Positions 41,201-50,507 of a stretch of DNA of 64,000 nucleotides are shown piece after piece (the first letter of the stretch is position 1; every line of letters starts with the position of its first letter). Position numbers and translations under genes: made by a program. The notes under the pieces are model-generated. The model had not been told where the DNA came from. It saw only the letters and a list, made by a program, of their open reading frames with translations, and ran no database searches. The stretch spans positions 682,001-746,000 of the forward strand of contig CBFDEM010000044.1 in NCBI GenBank assembly GCA_965603825.1. The letters are read 5' to 3'. The stretch is from Blepharisma stoltei ATCC 30299 (lineage: Eukaryota > Protista > Ciliophora).

Positions 41201-44200
41201 AAAGAAAAGCCTATGATAATCTCTGGACCTCAAATTCCTATTGAAGTGGCTTTTGATGAAAAACTTGTGGCCCCAGGAAATCTCAGCTCTTTTGAAATAT
41301 ACTCATTTATCATAAGACCTATCATACTATTGGAATCACTATCAGAAAAATCAGACGATAAAGAAAAGCCTATGATCATCTCTATACCTCAAATTCCTCT
41401 TGAAGCGGATTCTGTAGCAAAACTTGATTCATCCGTAAATCAAAGCTTATATGCAGCTTATTCGTTTATCACAAGACCTCTCATACTATTGGAATCATTA
41501 TCAGAAAAATCAGATGACAAAGAAAAGCCTATGGAAATCTCAGGACCTCAGATTCCTCTTGAAGTAGTTTCTGAACAAAAACTTTTGGCCCCAGAAAATC
41601 TCAGCTCTTTTGAAGTGCACTCATTTATTATAAGGCCTCTCATATTATTGGAATCATTGTCAGAAAAATCAGGTGATAAAAAACAGCCTATGATAATCGC
41701 CAAATCTCAAATTCCTCTTGAAGTGGCTTCTGAAGCAAAACTTGACTCATCAGAACAGCCAATCCTATATGCAGCTTATTCATTTATAACAAAACCACTC
41801 ATACTATTGGAATCAGTATCAGAAAAATCATACGATAAAGAACAGCCTATGATAATCTCTGAAGCAAAACTTGATTCATCCGAAAATCCAAGCTTATATG
41901 CAGCTTATTCGTTTATCACAAGACCTCTCATACTATTGGAATCATTGTCAGAAAAATCACACGATAAAGAAAAGCCTATAATAATCTCCAGGTCTCAAAT
42001 TCCTCTCGAAATGGCTTCTGCTGAGAAACTTTTGGCCCCAGAAAATCTCAGCTCTTTTGAAGTGCACTCATTTATCATAAGACCTCTCATACTATTGGAA
42101 TCATTGTCAGAAAAATCAGACGATAAAGAAAAGCAGATAATAACTTCCAGACCTCAAATTCCTCAAGATGTGGCTTCTGATGAGAAACTTGTGGCCCCAG
42201 AAAATCTCAGCTCTTTTGAAGTATACTCATTTATTTCAAAACCACACATAATGCTAGAGTCATCATCAGAAAAATCAGAAGATAAGGAAGAGACTATAAT
42301 AATCTCTGGACCTCAAATTCCTTTTGAAGTGGCTTCTTATGAGAAACTTGTGACCCCAGAAAATCCAAGCTTATATGCAGCTTATTCATTTATCACAAGA
42401 CCTCTCATACTATTAGAATCATTGTCAGAAAAATCAGAAGAAAAAGAAAAGCCTATAATAATCTCTAGACCTCAGACTTCTCTTGATATCGCTCTCGAAG
42501 GGAAACTTATTGCGTCAGAAAGTCTCAGCTCATTTGAAGTTTATTCATTTATCTCAAAGCCACTCATACTATTAGAATCATTGTCCTCAAGGTCAATCGA
42601 CTTAGAAAAGTCTGCACAGTATTCAGCAATAGCAAGGCCTCAAGTTTCTCTTGAAGTGATATCTAAAGAAAAAAGAGCCAAATCTGCCTTATTAGAAAAA
42701 TATAATGACATTATTCTTAGTTCAGAACAGCGTTCATATATGGCATTAGCAAAACCTATAATCATGTTTAGTCAGATACACGAACGAAAAGTCCAATCCC
42801 AGGTTATGACAGTTTTAGCAGCGGCAAAAGTGATCATTCCTCTTGAATTATTGTCAGAAAAAACAGAAAGCTTAGATAAGAAAGTATATTTGCCTATAAG
42901 CAGACCTTTAACTATTGTGGATATGTTTAGCGAAGACTGGGAAGATATCACTCCCACTCAAAAATCTTTAGTAATCACCAAGAAAAAAGGTCCTGCACTT
43001 AAATCTAGAAAGCCAGTGACTAAGAATCTCCAATCGTTCTCTCTTCTGAAAAAGCCACTTGCGTTTATAGAAGAGCTTGAAATTTCTGAAAAAGTAAAAG
43101 ATTCGCTAAGGCATTTGAATCATATTCTCAAAGATAGGATTAGCAAAGCCTTTTATATATGGAAGCACAATGGATCTTCTGAAGAATTCATAGAAGAAGT
43201 CACTACAGTCACTTGGTCTATTGAAAGGAATGACCCTGCTTTCAAAGAATCAGCCCTAGCTAGACTTGCATTTGTGATTAATCAGACTGATGCCAAATTG
43301 CTTGGCTTTGCATTTGAAAAATTGAAATATATCAGCCAAACTGCCAAAGCTCCTGAATTTGTGTATACTGAATTGCCTAGCTATAGAGTACTTACTATAG
43401 TTGAAACTTATGACAAGCATAGGAGAGCCAATATTAAAGCTGAAGACGATCTTATAGAGCTAGGATCTGTTTCCTCATTAGAGGAAGCTGTGGAAGAAAG
43501 ACAAGTATATGAAGTCCTTACCAAACCTAATAGCTTCCCAATTTGCATATTTGAACAGATTCCTATCAAAGTAGAAATGACCGTAGACAGCGAATATATA
43601 GTTTCCAGCATCTTTAAGCCCCTCATAATGCCTGAAATTCTATCTCCAAAAGCCCACCAAGTGTCAGACACCCTCATCCCTGGTGAAACCAGAACTATAC
43701 AATTTGTCCCATTCGAAAAGCCCCGACCAAGAATTACCGAAGAAAAAGTCGAAATTGTGATTCTCCCTCTTCCTAGAGTTGATAGAGAATTAAGAAAGAG
43801 CAACACCCCTCTTGATACATCTAAAGATGAGTCATCATTTGAAAAACCTGAAGCTTCTAACGAAATCAGAGTCCTAACTAAGCCATTATCCCCATTAGCC
43901 AAAGTAACCCGCTTGTTCTTTGAAATTTCAGACAAAATGACTGTTCCAATTGAAGAAGATGAGGAATACAAAGTTGTCCTGCCGAAATCTATTATTAGGC
44001 GACCATTGGTTAAGCGAAGAAAATATGCCCCAGTAAGCAAGCCAAGATTTGAAACCAGCTCACAGGTTACTATTCAGCCTGCACAAAAAGTGATCCAAGA
44101 TATTCTCATTGTAGAAGGAGCAGACACCCAAGAAGTCGGATACGTCACTGAAGACACTCATAGAACTTTGCAGCTGGAAATTAAGCCAGAGGTCACTGAA

Positions 44201-46006
44201 ATGGAGTTTACTTTTGAATTTAAAGAAGAAGTCCCTGAAGTAGTTGATGAATATTCAATTGAACAAAAAGCAGAATCTTCAGTCCTGGTAGTTGAAAGGT
44301 TCGAGGCTGAAAATAAGCCAGAAGTGTTTGGAGCTGTATATGAAGAAGAAGTCAATGTGTATTTATTAGACCAAAAAGTGGTTTCATCATTGGTAAATGT
44401 AGAGAAATATCACTATGAATTAGAAACTAAGCCAGAGGTGCTTGAAGCTGTCTATAGACAAGAGATCAGTGAATATCTGCTAGAACAAAGACCTACTTCA
44501 TCATTATTGCTTATTGAGAATTATCATTACCAAATAAAACCTCAGCCATTTATAACTTGTATTGAGCAAGCCATTGCTATAGAATACTCATTAGAGCATA
44601 AAGCTGATACTTCATTGTTATTAATTGAGCAATTTAAGTCTGTTCATTCCCTCCCAAGAATTCAGCCAGTCTCAAAGTCCTTTACTTCTTATTTGCCAAT
44701 ACAAATCGAGCGAAAAGTGGTCATAGACATTGAAGAAGATGAGGATTATTCTTTGCAATCCACTACAAAGCAGCTGGTAAAGCACACCAAATATGTACCA
44801 TTCGGCAAGCCAAGAGTAAAATCAAGCTCAAACCTTGAAATCCTTCCAGTCAGAAAAATCGTTTCTGATATATTGGCAGTAGAAAAGCCATCTGATATCA
44901 TTACTAAAGATAGTGCAAAAGAGCTGCAAGAAAGTGTCCTAGCTAATCCAGAGCCAACCGAGCTAGCAGTCACATTTGAGTTTAAGCCAGAAGTTGCTGA
45001 CCTCCCTAATGAATATTATCCTTCTGAAAAGCCAGCTCCTTCCATGCTTGCAGTCCAAGAATTCGGTCCTCCGTATTCTCTCGCTACAGTTTACCCTTAC
45101 AATGCAGAAAAATCAGAATACAGTCAAATCCGTAAAAATCCTTCTTCAATGCTATTAGTTGAAGACTTTGGCCATGAGCTGAATTTACCTGTTACTGATC
45201 CAATATATGACCAAGATTTACTAGAAAGCCAAGAAGAGTTAGTTTATAAAGAAATAGACATAAGCAGCCTCCTTAGCAAGCCACTTGTAAAAGATTTAAG
45301 TTCTTTGCTAGACTCCCCCGAAATCCAGTCAACAGAAAGAATTACTAAATCATTGGAGCCAGAAGAAGAATTCAAACAAGTCACAGGACGATCACAAGCA
45401 GAGTCACTTGGAATTGAAACCCATAGACCAGCGTCTACTTCTCGAAGAAGAGTCCACAAAGTTCGCCGTATCTATACTAAGAAATTAAGATACTACCCAC
45501 TTCAAAAAGGCATCAAAGCTCTTGCCCAAAGCAAGATCGTCAAGCCAATGCAAGAAGCCTTTGACCTCCTCAAATATCTGCTTTATACTTCGACAACCCC
45601 ATCTCAGCAGAAAATAGAACAGGCTCCTAATATTGAAGATTTCACCCCACGAGCCATCACAATTCAAAGGTTTGCCAGAGGATTTTTAGCAAGAAAACGG
45701 TTTGCAACTATGAAAGAAGTCCAAAAGGTCAGAATTGTCGAGCCAAGAAAAAGCAGCAGCTCTATGAAAATCAGACTGTCTAAATTTACCTTGAAATCGA
45801 GGCTTCTTACCCTTAAAAAAGTCGTACATAAGGTCCTGCTGAAGTCTAAAAAAGAATGCTTTTTGAGAATGAAAAGAAGAGACGCCAGCGCAAGACGAAG
45901 AAACTTTTATAAAATCCAAAAAGGAACCAAGGCTATTGTAGGAATCTGCTCCCAAAGGTACGCTGAAGCATTTGAGAACCTCAAGAAAAATTTATTAACG
46001 AAATAA
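8267..46006 (+). CDS. Giant (~12,579 aa) Sfi1-like repeat protein; putative centrin/spasmin-binding cytoskeletal scaffold with C-terminal IQ motif
   Basis: The 12,474-aa ORF from 8582 extends upstream in frame through one TGA(Trp) at 8363-8365 to an ATG at 8267 (AATAATAAAATG context; another in-frame ATG at 8225). About 90 motifs of type L-x2-L-x6-7-L-x2-A-F-x2-W-[KR] or A[LI]F[KE]W resemble the Sfi1 consensus A-x7-LL-x3-[FL]-x2-W-[KR]. IQ motif at 45650-45703. Confidence 0.85.
11640..24240 (+). repeat. Nine intragenic super-repeats (~1.2-2.0 kb each) marked by LARIFRGNLQKVIN[RK]WK[IV]NH[HY]KK...KVRSAPRNRP
   Basis: The marker occurs 9 times (near 12058, 13434, 14709, 15984, 17172, 19225, 20604, 22240, 23458). 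A near-identical 1275-bp tandem spans about 13060-16240 (gaaaagccta at 13121, 14396, 15671). Confidence 0.92.
24860..29000 (+). repeat. Intragenic modules KVRSAK..HL[KN]NLDHI.K....AF..W[KR], including an almost exact ~310-bp duplication (24868 / 26633)
   Basis: Repeated peptides visible in the translation. QQKVLVPAVVVNDVEV...CLETKCVVPI occurs twice identically. Confidence 0.85.
29960..34830 (+). repeat. Nested intragenic duplications in the Trp-poor spacer: 1434-bp tandem pair (31391-34180) plus related copies at ~29960-31300 and ~34220-34830
   Basis: aatatttttg at 31391 and 32825. Identical antisense shadow ORFs at 32014 and 33448 are 1434 bp apart. EEIPEE[VE]FGAVSFQIEEKSTKLQSEVPENKKPS occurs three times. 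Confidence 0.9.
36050..44100 (+). repeat. Two diverged copies of a C-terminal super-module (~36050-39130 and ~39140-44100)
   Basis: KLGNLEAIIKV.LMK.FATWKEK, three LFEW helices, KLRNLGSICRYN.MRAFLLWKQNDALN, WEDI, EKVKD.LR.L.HI.KD..SKAFY.W, PFEKPR and KRRK.AP..KPRF each occur twice in the same order. Confidence 0.85.
40640..42600 (+). repeat. Tandem array of 13 x 159-bp (53-aa) units, one unit 30 bp shorter
   Basis: Unit YAAYSFITKPLILLESLSEKSDDKEKPMIISxPQIPLEVASEAKLDSSEQPSL. gcttattcat at 40661 and 40820 gives period 159; the last unit is anchored at 42539. Confidence 0.95.
45650..45703 (+). other. IQ calmodulin/EF-hand-binding motif in the giant protein
   Basis: RAITIQRFARGFLARKRF matches IQxxxRGxxxR exactly. 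Confidence 0.85.
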
Positions 46007-46023
46007 ATATCTTAGATAAATAA

Positions 46024-46602
46024 ATGGATGGAACTGCAAAATTAATTTTTGTCCTGGGTGGTCCAGGTGCTGGCAAAGGTACCCAGTGCTTACGAATTAT
46101 TGCTGATTACCCTAATTTTGTCCATTTATCAGCTGGAGACTTGTTAAGAAAAGAAAGGATGAGTGGGAGTGCTAATGGAGAACTTATACAAAAATGTATT
46201 GATGAAGGGTCAATTGTCCCTGCTGAAATCACTGTTGCATTAATAAGACAAGCTATGAGAGAGGCTGGGTGGACCACAAAACGGTTTTTGGTTGACGGGT
46301 TCCCAAGAAATGACGATAACTATTTGACTTGGTTCAGGCTTTCTCCAGATGTAGATGTGGAATATTGCTTGTTTTTGGACTGCGACCCTGACAAGATGGT
46401 GGAGAGAATTGGCATGAGAGGAGGAACGAGGAGTGATGATAACCCTGACGTCGTCAAAAAGAGACTGGTCACTTATAATGAACAAACAAGGCCAATTATT
46501 GAAAGGTTTGAAGTTCAAGGAAAGCTGCTGAGGGTTGATGTGAATGGGACACAAGATGAGGCATATCAGAACACTATTAGAGGTTTAGGATTAATAAGCT
46601 AA
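46024..46602 (+). CDS. CMPK1: UMP-CMP kinase (adenylate kinase family), 192 aa
   Basis: IFVLGGPGAGKGTQC P-loop, HLSAGDLLR, FLVDGFPRN and RSDDN. Confidence 0.93.
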   Translation: MDGTAKLIFVLGGPGAGKGTQCLRIIADYPNFVHLSAGDLLRKERMSGSANGELIQKCIDEGSIVPAEITVALIRQAMREAGWTTKRFLVDGFPRNDDNYLTWFRLSPDVDVEYCLFLDCDPDKMVERIGMRGGTRSDDNPDVVKKRLVTYNEQTRPIIERFEVQGKLLRVDVNGTQDEAYQNTIRGLGLIS

Positions 46603-46769
46603 GCCAGATCTCCATCAAAAAGTTAAAATTGCGAACGATGATTCTATAAATTATTATAAAAAATTAAAAACTTGCTTAATAAAATAATTCTTTTCTATAA
46701 AATAAATTTTAATAAATCCCAACTTAAAATCTTAAGTATTTGGCAAGCAAATTTAAAAATAATATACTA

Positions 46770-47789
46770 ATGTGGAGAGGTTTGAGTGTGCTAAGCTCTT
46801 TAGGGCTCTTCACATACGCCCCAGCTATGATGCTTCCTCAAGACAAAACTGGAAAAGTCAGCTACCCTGCTAACAACCCTATAGAAGACCGCTTTGTAAG
46901 CAAAAAACTAAAATCCTTCAACGCAAGATGTTCAGCTGTTTTCGATGGACACGGTGGATGGCAAATTTCTGACTTTTTATATCACAATATCATCCAGACC
47001 ATTGAGGACAATTACAAGCTTGTCAAGTCAGACCCTAAAAAATCAGTCCACACCATCCTTGAAAAATCATTTGATTCCTTAGAAGAACGCATCGTAAATG
47101 CTGCTCGGGACTCTTACAAGATGGGCTTTGCCAATGTCGCAAGCACAGGATCTTGTGCTATTGTCGCGATCGTTTTTGAAGACCTTTATGCAGTTGCAAA
47201 TGCAGGAGATTGTCAAGCTGTCCTTGTAAAACAAGTTGAAGGCCAAGTTATAGGGGAAAACATATGTGAAGTGCACTCCTCAAACTTGCCAAGTGAGCAA
47301 GAAAAGCTAGCAAGAGCTCATCCTGGCGAGCCTGACATCGTAAGATGCAAACATAGAGATGCGTGCTATGTAAAAGGAAGACTTATGCCAACAAGAGCTT
47401 TTGGAGACTTAGGCTTAAAACATGACGAATTTAACAACCCAAGACAGCTGGATATGACACATGGCTTTAGAAGGTCAAGGATCCAAAAATTCACTGGTCC
47501 TTATATCACTCATAAGCCAGATATTAAAGTAAGAAAAATCGAAGAAGGCGACAAGTTCATTATTTTGGCAAGTGACGGACTGTGGGACGAAATGAGTGAG
47601 CAAGAAGCAGCAGCGCTGATTTACTCGATTGATGATCCGAAAGAAGCAGCTGAGAAGCTATTGCAGTCTGCCTTGGATATTGCGGCAAACAAGAGAGGGA
47701 TGTCGAAAGTTACGATGGGGCAGCTTCCTCTGGGGATAAGGAGAAGCTATCATGATGATATCACGATTGTTGTAGTTCCTTTAAAATAA
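46770..47789 (+). CDS. PP2C/PPM phosphatase, pyruvate dehydrogenase phosphatase-like, 339 aa
   Basis: First ATG at 46770 (the track starts at a TTG). Motifs ANNPIEDR, VFDGHGG, ANAGD, GRLMPTRAFGD, ILASDGLWD and HDDITIVV; N-terminus looks like a transit peptide. Confidence 0.88.
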   Translation: MWRGLSVLSSLGLFTYAPAMMLPQDKTGKVSYPANNPIEDRFVSKKLKSFNARCSAVFDGHGGWQISDFLYHNIIQTIEDNYKLVKSDPKKSVHTILEKSFDSLEERIVNAARDSYKMGFANVASTGSCAIVAIVFEDLYAVANAGDCQAVLVKQVEGQVIGENICEVHSSNLPSEQEKLARAHPGEPDIVRCKHRDACYVKGRLMPTRAFGDLGLKHDEFNNPRQLDMTHGFRRSRIQKFTGPYITHKPDIKVRKIEEGDKFIILASDGLWDEMSEQEAAALIYSIDDPKEAAEKLLQSALDIAANKRGMSKVTMGQLPLGIRRSYHDDITIVVVPLK

Positions 47790-47835
47790 TTTCTATTATG
47801 AAGAAGAGTATAATTAAAAGGAGAGGAGGGAATTG

Positions 47836-47931
47836 TTACCTATGCTCAGAGCTGCAAGCAGCAGAGCAAGGAGTCACTTTAGGCACCCATGGAAGTGTAA
47901 TGAACTGTCAATCCACAAACGAAAGTGCCAT
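47836..47931 (-). CDS. Candidate 31-aa microprotein (MALSFVDWQFITLPWVPKVTPCSAACSSEHR, W8=TGA)
   Basis: GC-elevated island in an AT-rich spacer, with ATG in a TTATAATAAATG context like neighbouring genes. No recognised homology. Confidence 0.2.
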
Positions 47932-48236
47932 TTATTATAATCGTAAGAGTTATTAAAGATAAATTTTAGTAAAAATGCTTGGAATTATTATTTAGTTAAG
48001 CATTATCTTTAATTATATTTGATAAAATATATTAATCATAGTCAGCCTTTCGAAAATATAAATAAGACATTATGATAAAAATTAGCTGCTGAGCATTAAA
48101 AATCTTTTGGTTTATTTTTATATGGACACACATGGTATATATTTATTAAGCGCAGTATATGAAAATTAAAAAGTATAATAAGATAAAATATATTAAACCC
48201 AGATTACTTTATTCTAGACTTTGTTAGAAATTATGA

Positions 48237-49700
48237 TTATTCTTCGATCTTCTTCAAATCAGATCCAATGTAGAACTGGGCACCTGTAATTTCTTTCAGT
48301 TTATCAAGAGTGATGTCATTAGCGATTTCAACGAGAGTCATTCCAGTGTCTCTTCGGAATTCGAAAACTCCGTACTCGGTCACAAGCATTCTTACAACTT
48401 TCTTGCCTGTTAGTGGGAGAGAACATTTTTTGAGGATCTTTGGAGCTCCTTTAGAAGTGTGCTCCATACAGACAATGCATTTCGAGTGGCTGTCAACTAA
48501 GTCCATAGCTCCTCCCATACCCTTCACCATTTTGCCTGGGACAATCCAGTTTGCAAGATCTCCATCCTGGGACACTTGTAGCCCTCCGAGAATAGTTAAA
48601 TTAAGATGATCGCCACGAACAATAGCGAAGCTAGTGCTGCTTGAGAAAATTGAAGAGCCCTGCACCATTGTGATAGTTTCTTTGCCTGCATTAATAACGT
48701 CTGGATCTTGCTCACCTGATTTCGGGTATGGTCCTATTCCTAGCAGTCCGTTTTCACCATGTAGCACAATTTTGATGCCCTTTGGTAAGTAGTTTGGCAC
48801 TAAGGTTGGCATTCCAATCCCCAAGTTCACATACATTCCGTCCTTGATTTCTTTGGAAACTCTTTTGGCAATTCTCTCACGTTTCCTGATTTGTTCAGGA
48901 GTCCCAGGAAGCTGAATTTTATCTCCAGTATTAAGAGCCAGCCTTTCAATTGGCTTTTCGAAATACTCACCTTTAACGATTCTATGAACGAAAATACCAG
49001 GAGTATGGATCTGGTCTGGGTCGAAAGTGCCAGCAGGGACGATTTCTTCGACTTCTGCAATCGTGATTTTTGAAGACCCAGCAATGTCAGGGTTGAAATT
49101 CCTAGCAGTCTTTCTGTAAATCAAGTTGCCCTCAGTGTCTGCTTTCCAAGCCTTGATAAGGCCAACGTCTCCTCTGAGCGCTTCTTCGAGGATGTATTTT
49201 TTACCTCCCCAGATTCTGACCTCCCTTGGGGCAGAGATCTTCTCTACTGTTTTCCCTCCTGGTCCAAACTTCTGTACAAAGCCTCCTTCTTCAACCAAAC
49301 TGCCAGCACCAGTATGGGTGTAGAAAGCTGAAATGCCGCATGCGCCTGCTCTAAGTCTTTCAGCCAACGATCCTTGAGGAATGAGGTCAAGCTCAATTTC
49401 GCCATTCAAATACTGATTTTCCAAGGTTTCGTTTCCTCCAAGGTAGGAACAGTGAATACTTGAAGCCATCCTGTCCTTGATCAAAAGTCCAGGCCCAAAT
49501 TCATTAGTGCCTGAGGTGTTGGTGATGAGTTTGAGATTGTTGATTTTCAAGTCGTGCACTGCTCTCAACAGATTTTCTGGGACTCCGCAAAGCCCAAAGC
49601 CTGCTATCATGACTGCCATCCCGCTCTTCATGTCAGCCACGGCCTCGGCTGATGAGTTGAATATCTTAGAAGCAAAAAATCTTCTTGAGGATGAAAGCAT
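48237..49700 (-). CDS. OXCT1: Succinyl-CoA:3-ketoacid CoA transferase (SCOT), mitochondrial, 487 aa
   Basis: GFGLCGVPENL, PQGSLAER, ARNFNP, NLGIGMP, GENG (catalytic Glu), GDLANW and KGMGGAMDL; fused alpha/beta subunits and a transit peptide. Confidence 0.95.
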   Translation of the reverse strand: MLSSSRRFFASKIFNSSAEAVADMKSGMAVMIAGFGLCGVPENLLRAVHDLKINNLKLITNTSGTNEFGPGLLIKDRMASSIHCSYLGGNETLENQYLNGEIELDLIPQGSLAERLRAGACGISAFYTHTGAGSLVEEGGFVQKFGPGGKTVEKISAPREVRIWGGKKYILEEALRGDVGLIKAWKADTEGNLIYRKTARNFNPDIAGSSKITIAEVEEIVPAGTFDPDQIHTPGIFVHRIVKGEYFEKPIERLALNTGDKIQLPGTPEQIRKRERIAKRVSKEIKDGMYVNLGIGMPTLVPNYLPKGIKIVLHGENGLLGIGPYPKSGEQDPDVINAGKETITMVQGSSIFSSSTSFAIVRGDHLNLTILGGLQVSQDGDLANWIVPGKMVKGMGGAMDLVDSHSKCIVCMEHTSKGAPKILKKCSLPLTGKKVVRMLVTEYGVFEFRRDTGMTLVEIANDITLDKLKEITGAQFYIGSDLKKIEE

Positions 49701-49933
49701 ATTTAATTACTGAGCATTTCATGGACAATAAAAAAGATGAATCTAATAATTTATCAAATATTTAAATAAGATATAAATTTTCTTTAGAAATTATCAAACT
49801 AAATTTAGTTATAATTTTATAAATAATATAAAAAAAATACTCTAAATAATTTTTAAAAAATATAATCATAAGAAACTATTGTAGAAATTAGCATGGCCTA
49901 ATTTTAATATAGCTTATAAAATTCTGATACAAG

Positions 49934-50290
49934 ATGATGGAGTTTAAAAAAGAGATGCCTGAATTCGAAACTCGAAGATTGGAGGCAAATCGCTTGCTAG
50001 AAGTTCATCCAACCAAGCTGCCCATAATAGTGGAGCCTATTTCTTCAAAAAACAATGCATATGGGTTTATTCAGAACAGATTCCTCGTTCCAAAGAACTA
50101 CACCTTTCACGAGTTCATTTTCCACCTTCGGAGAAGACTAGAACTCGATAGAACTGATGCCTTATACGTCCTAGTTTCTCAAAAGCACCTTCCAGCATTG
50201 GATAGAAACATGATAAGCGTCTATGGTGAGTTCCAAGACCCTGACGGCTTTTTATATGTAAATTACTCTTCAGAGGCCATTTTGGGGTAA
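49934..50290 (+). CDS. ATG8: ATG8/GABARAP/LC3-family ubiquitin-like protein, 118 aa
   Basis: HPTKLPIIVE, RFLVP, LRRRLEL, DPDGFLYVNYSSE and a terminal Gly. Confidence 0.9.
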   Translation: MMEFKKEMPEFETRRLEANRLLEVHPTKLPIIVEPISSKNNAYGFIQNRFLVPKNYTFHEFIFHLRRRLELDRTDALYVLVSQKHLPALDRNMISVYGEFQDPDGFLYVNYSSEAILG

Positions 50291-50507
50291 AGTGACCAAT
50301 ATTAACTTATTTGACTTTTTTATATGGATTATATAACTGCTAATAATCGACATCTACTAATATACGAAAAATACTTATACCATCGCCAAAATTGCCTTCT
50401 GTTTCCATTTTATTACTCTAGTCTCTTCCAGATATAAAAATGTGATAGGAATTATATGAAAATCACTAGCGTCTATCAATAGTCTCTGCAATTAGTTCAA
50501 ATTGAAT

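Noticed and set aside
40640-42600. Regular repeat array as CRISPR or non-coding satellite
   Set aside because: Units are in-frame coding repeats without unique spacers, in a eukaryotic context with no cas genes.
8894-45955. Dozens of antisense and alternate-frame ORFs (60-224 aa) overlapping the giant gene
   Set aside because: Shadow ORFs from codon bias; they repeat with the sense-strand duplications and have no recognisable motifs.
8267-46006. Claim that the giant gene is strictly intronless
   Set aside because: Stop-free 15-nt (3n) introns would be invisible in the ORF; RNA-seq is needed, so it is only described as apparently intronless.
45990-46030. Fusion of the giant protein to UMP-CMP kinase via a tiny intron or readthrough
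   Set aside because: No GT donor nearby, the stop is TAA, and the frames differ.
49881-49900. ATTAGCATGGCC match to the U6 snRNA core
   Set aside because: Only 12 nt; no ACAGAGA box or flanking U6 sequence.
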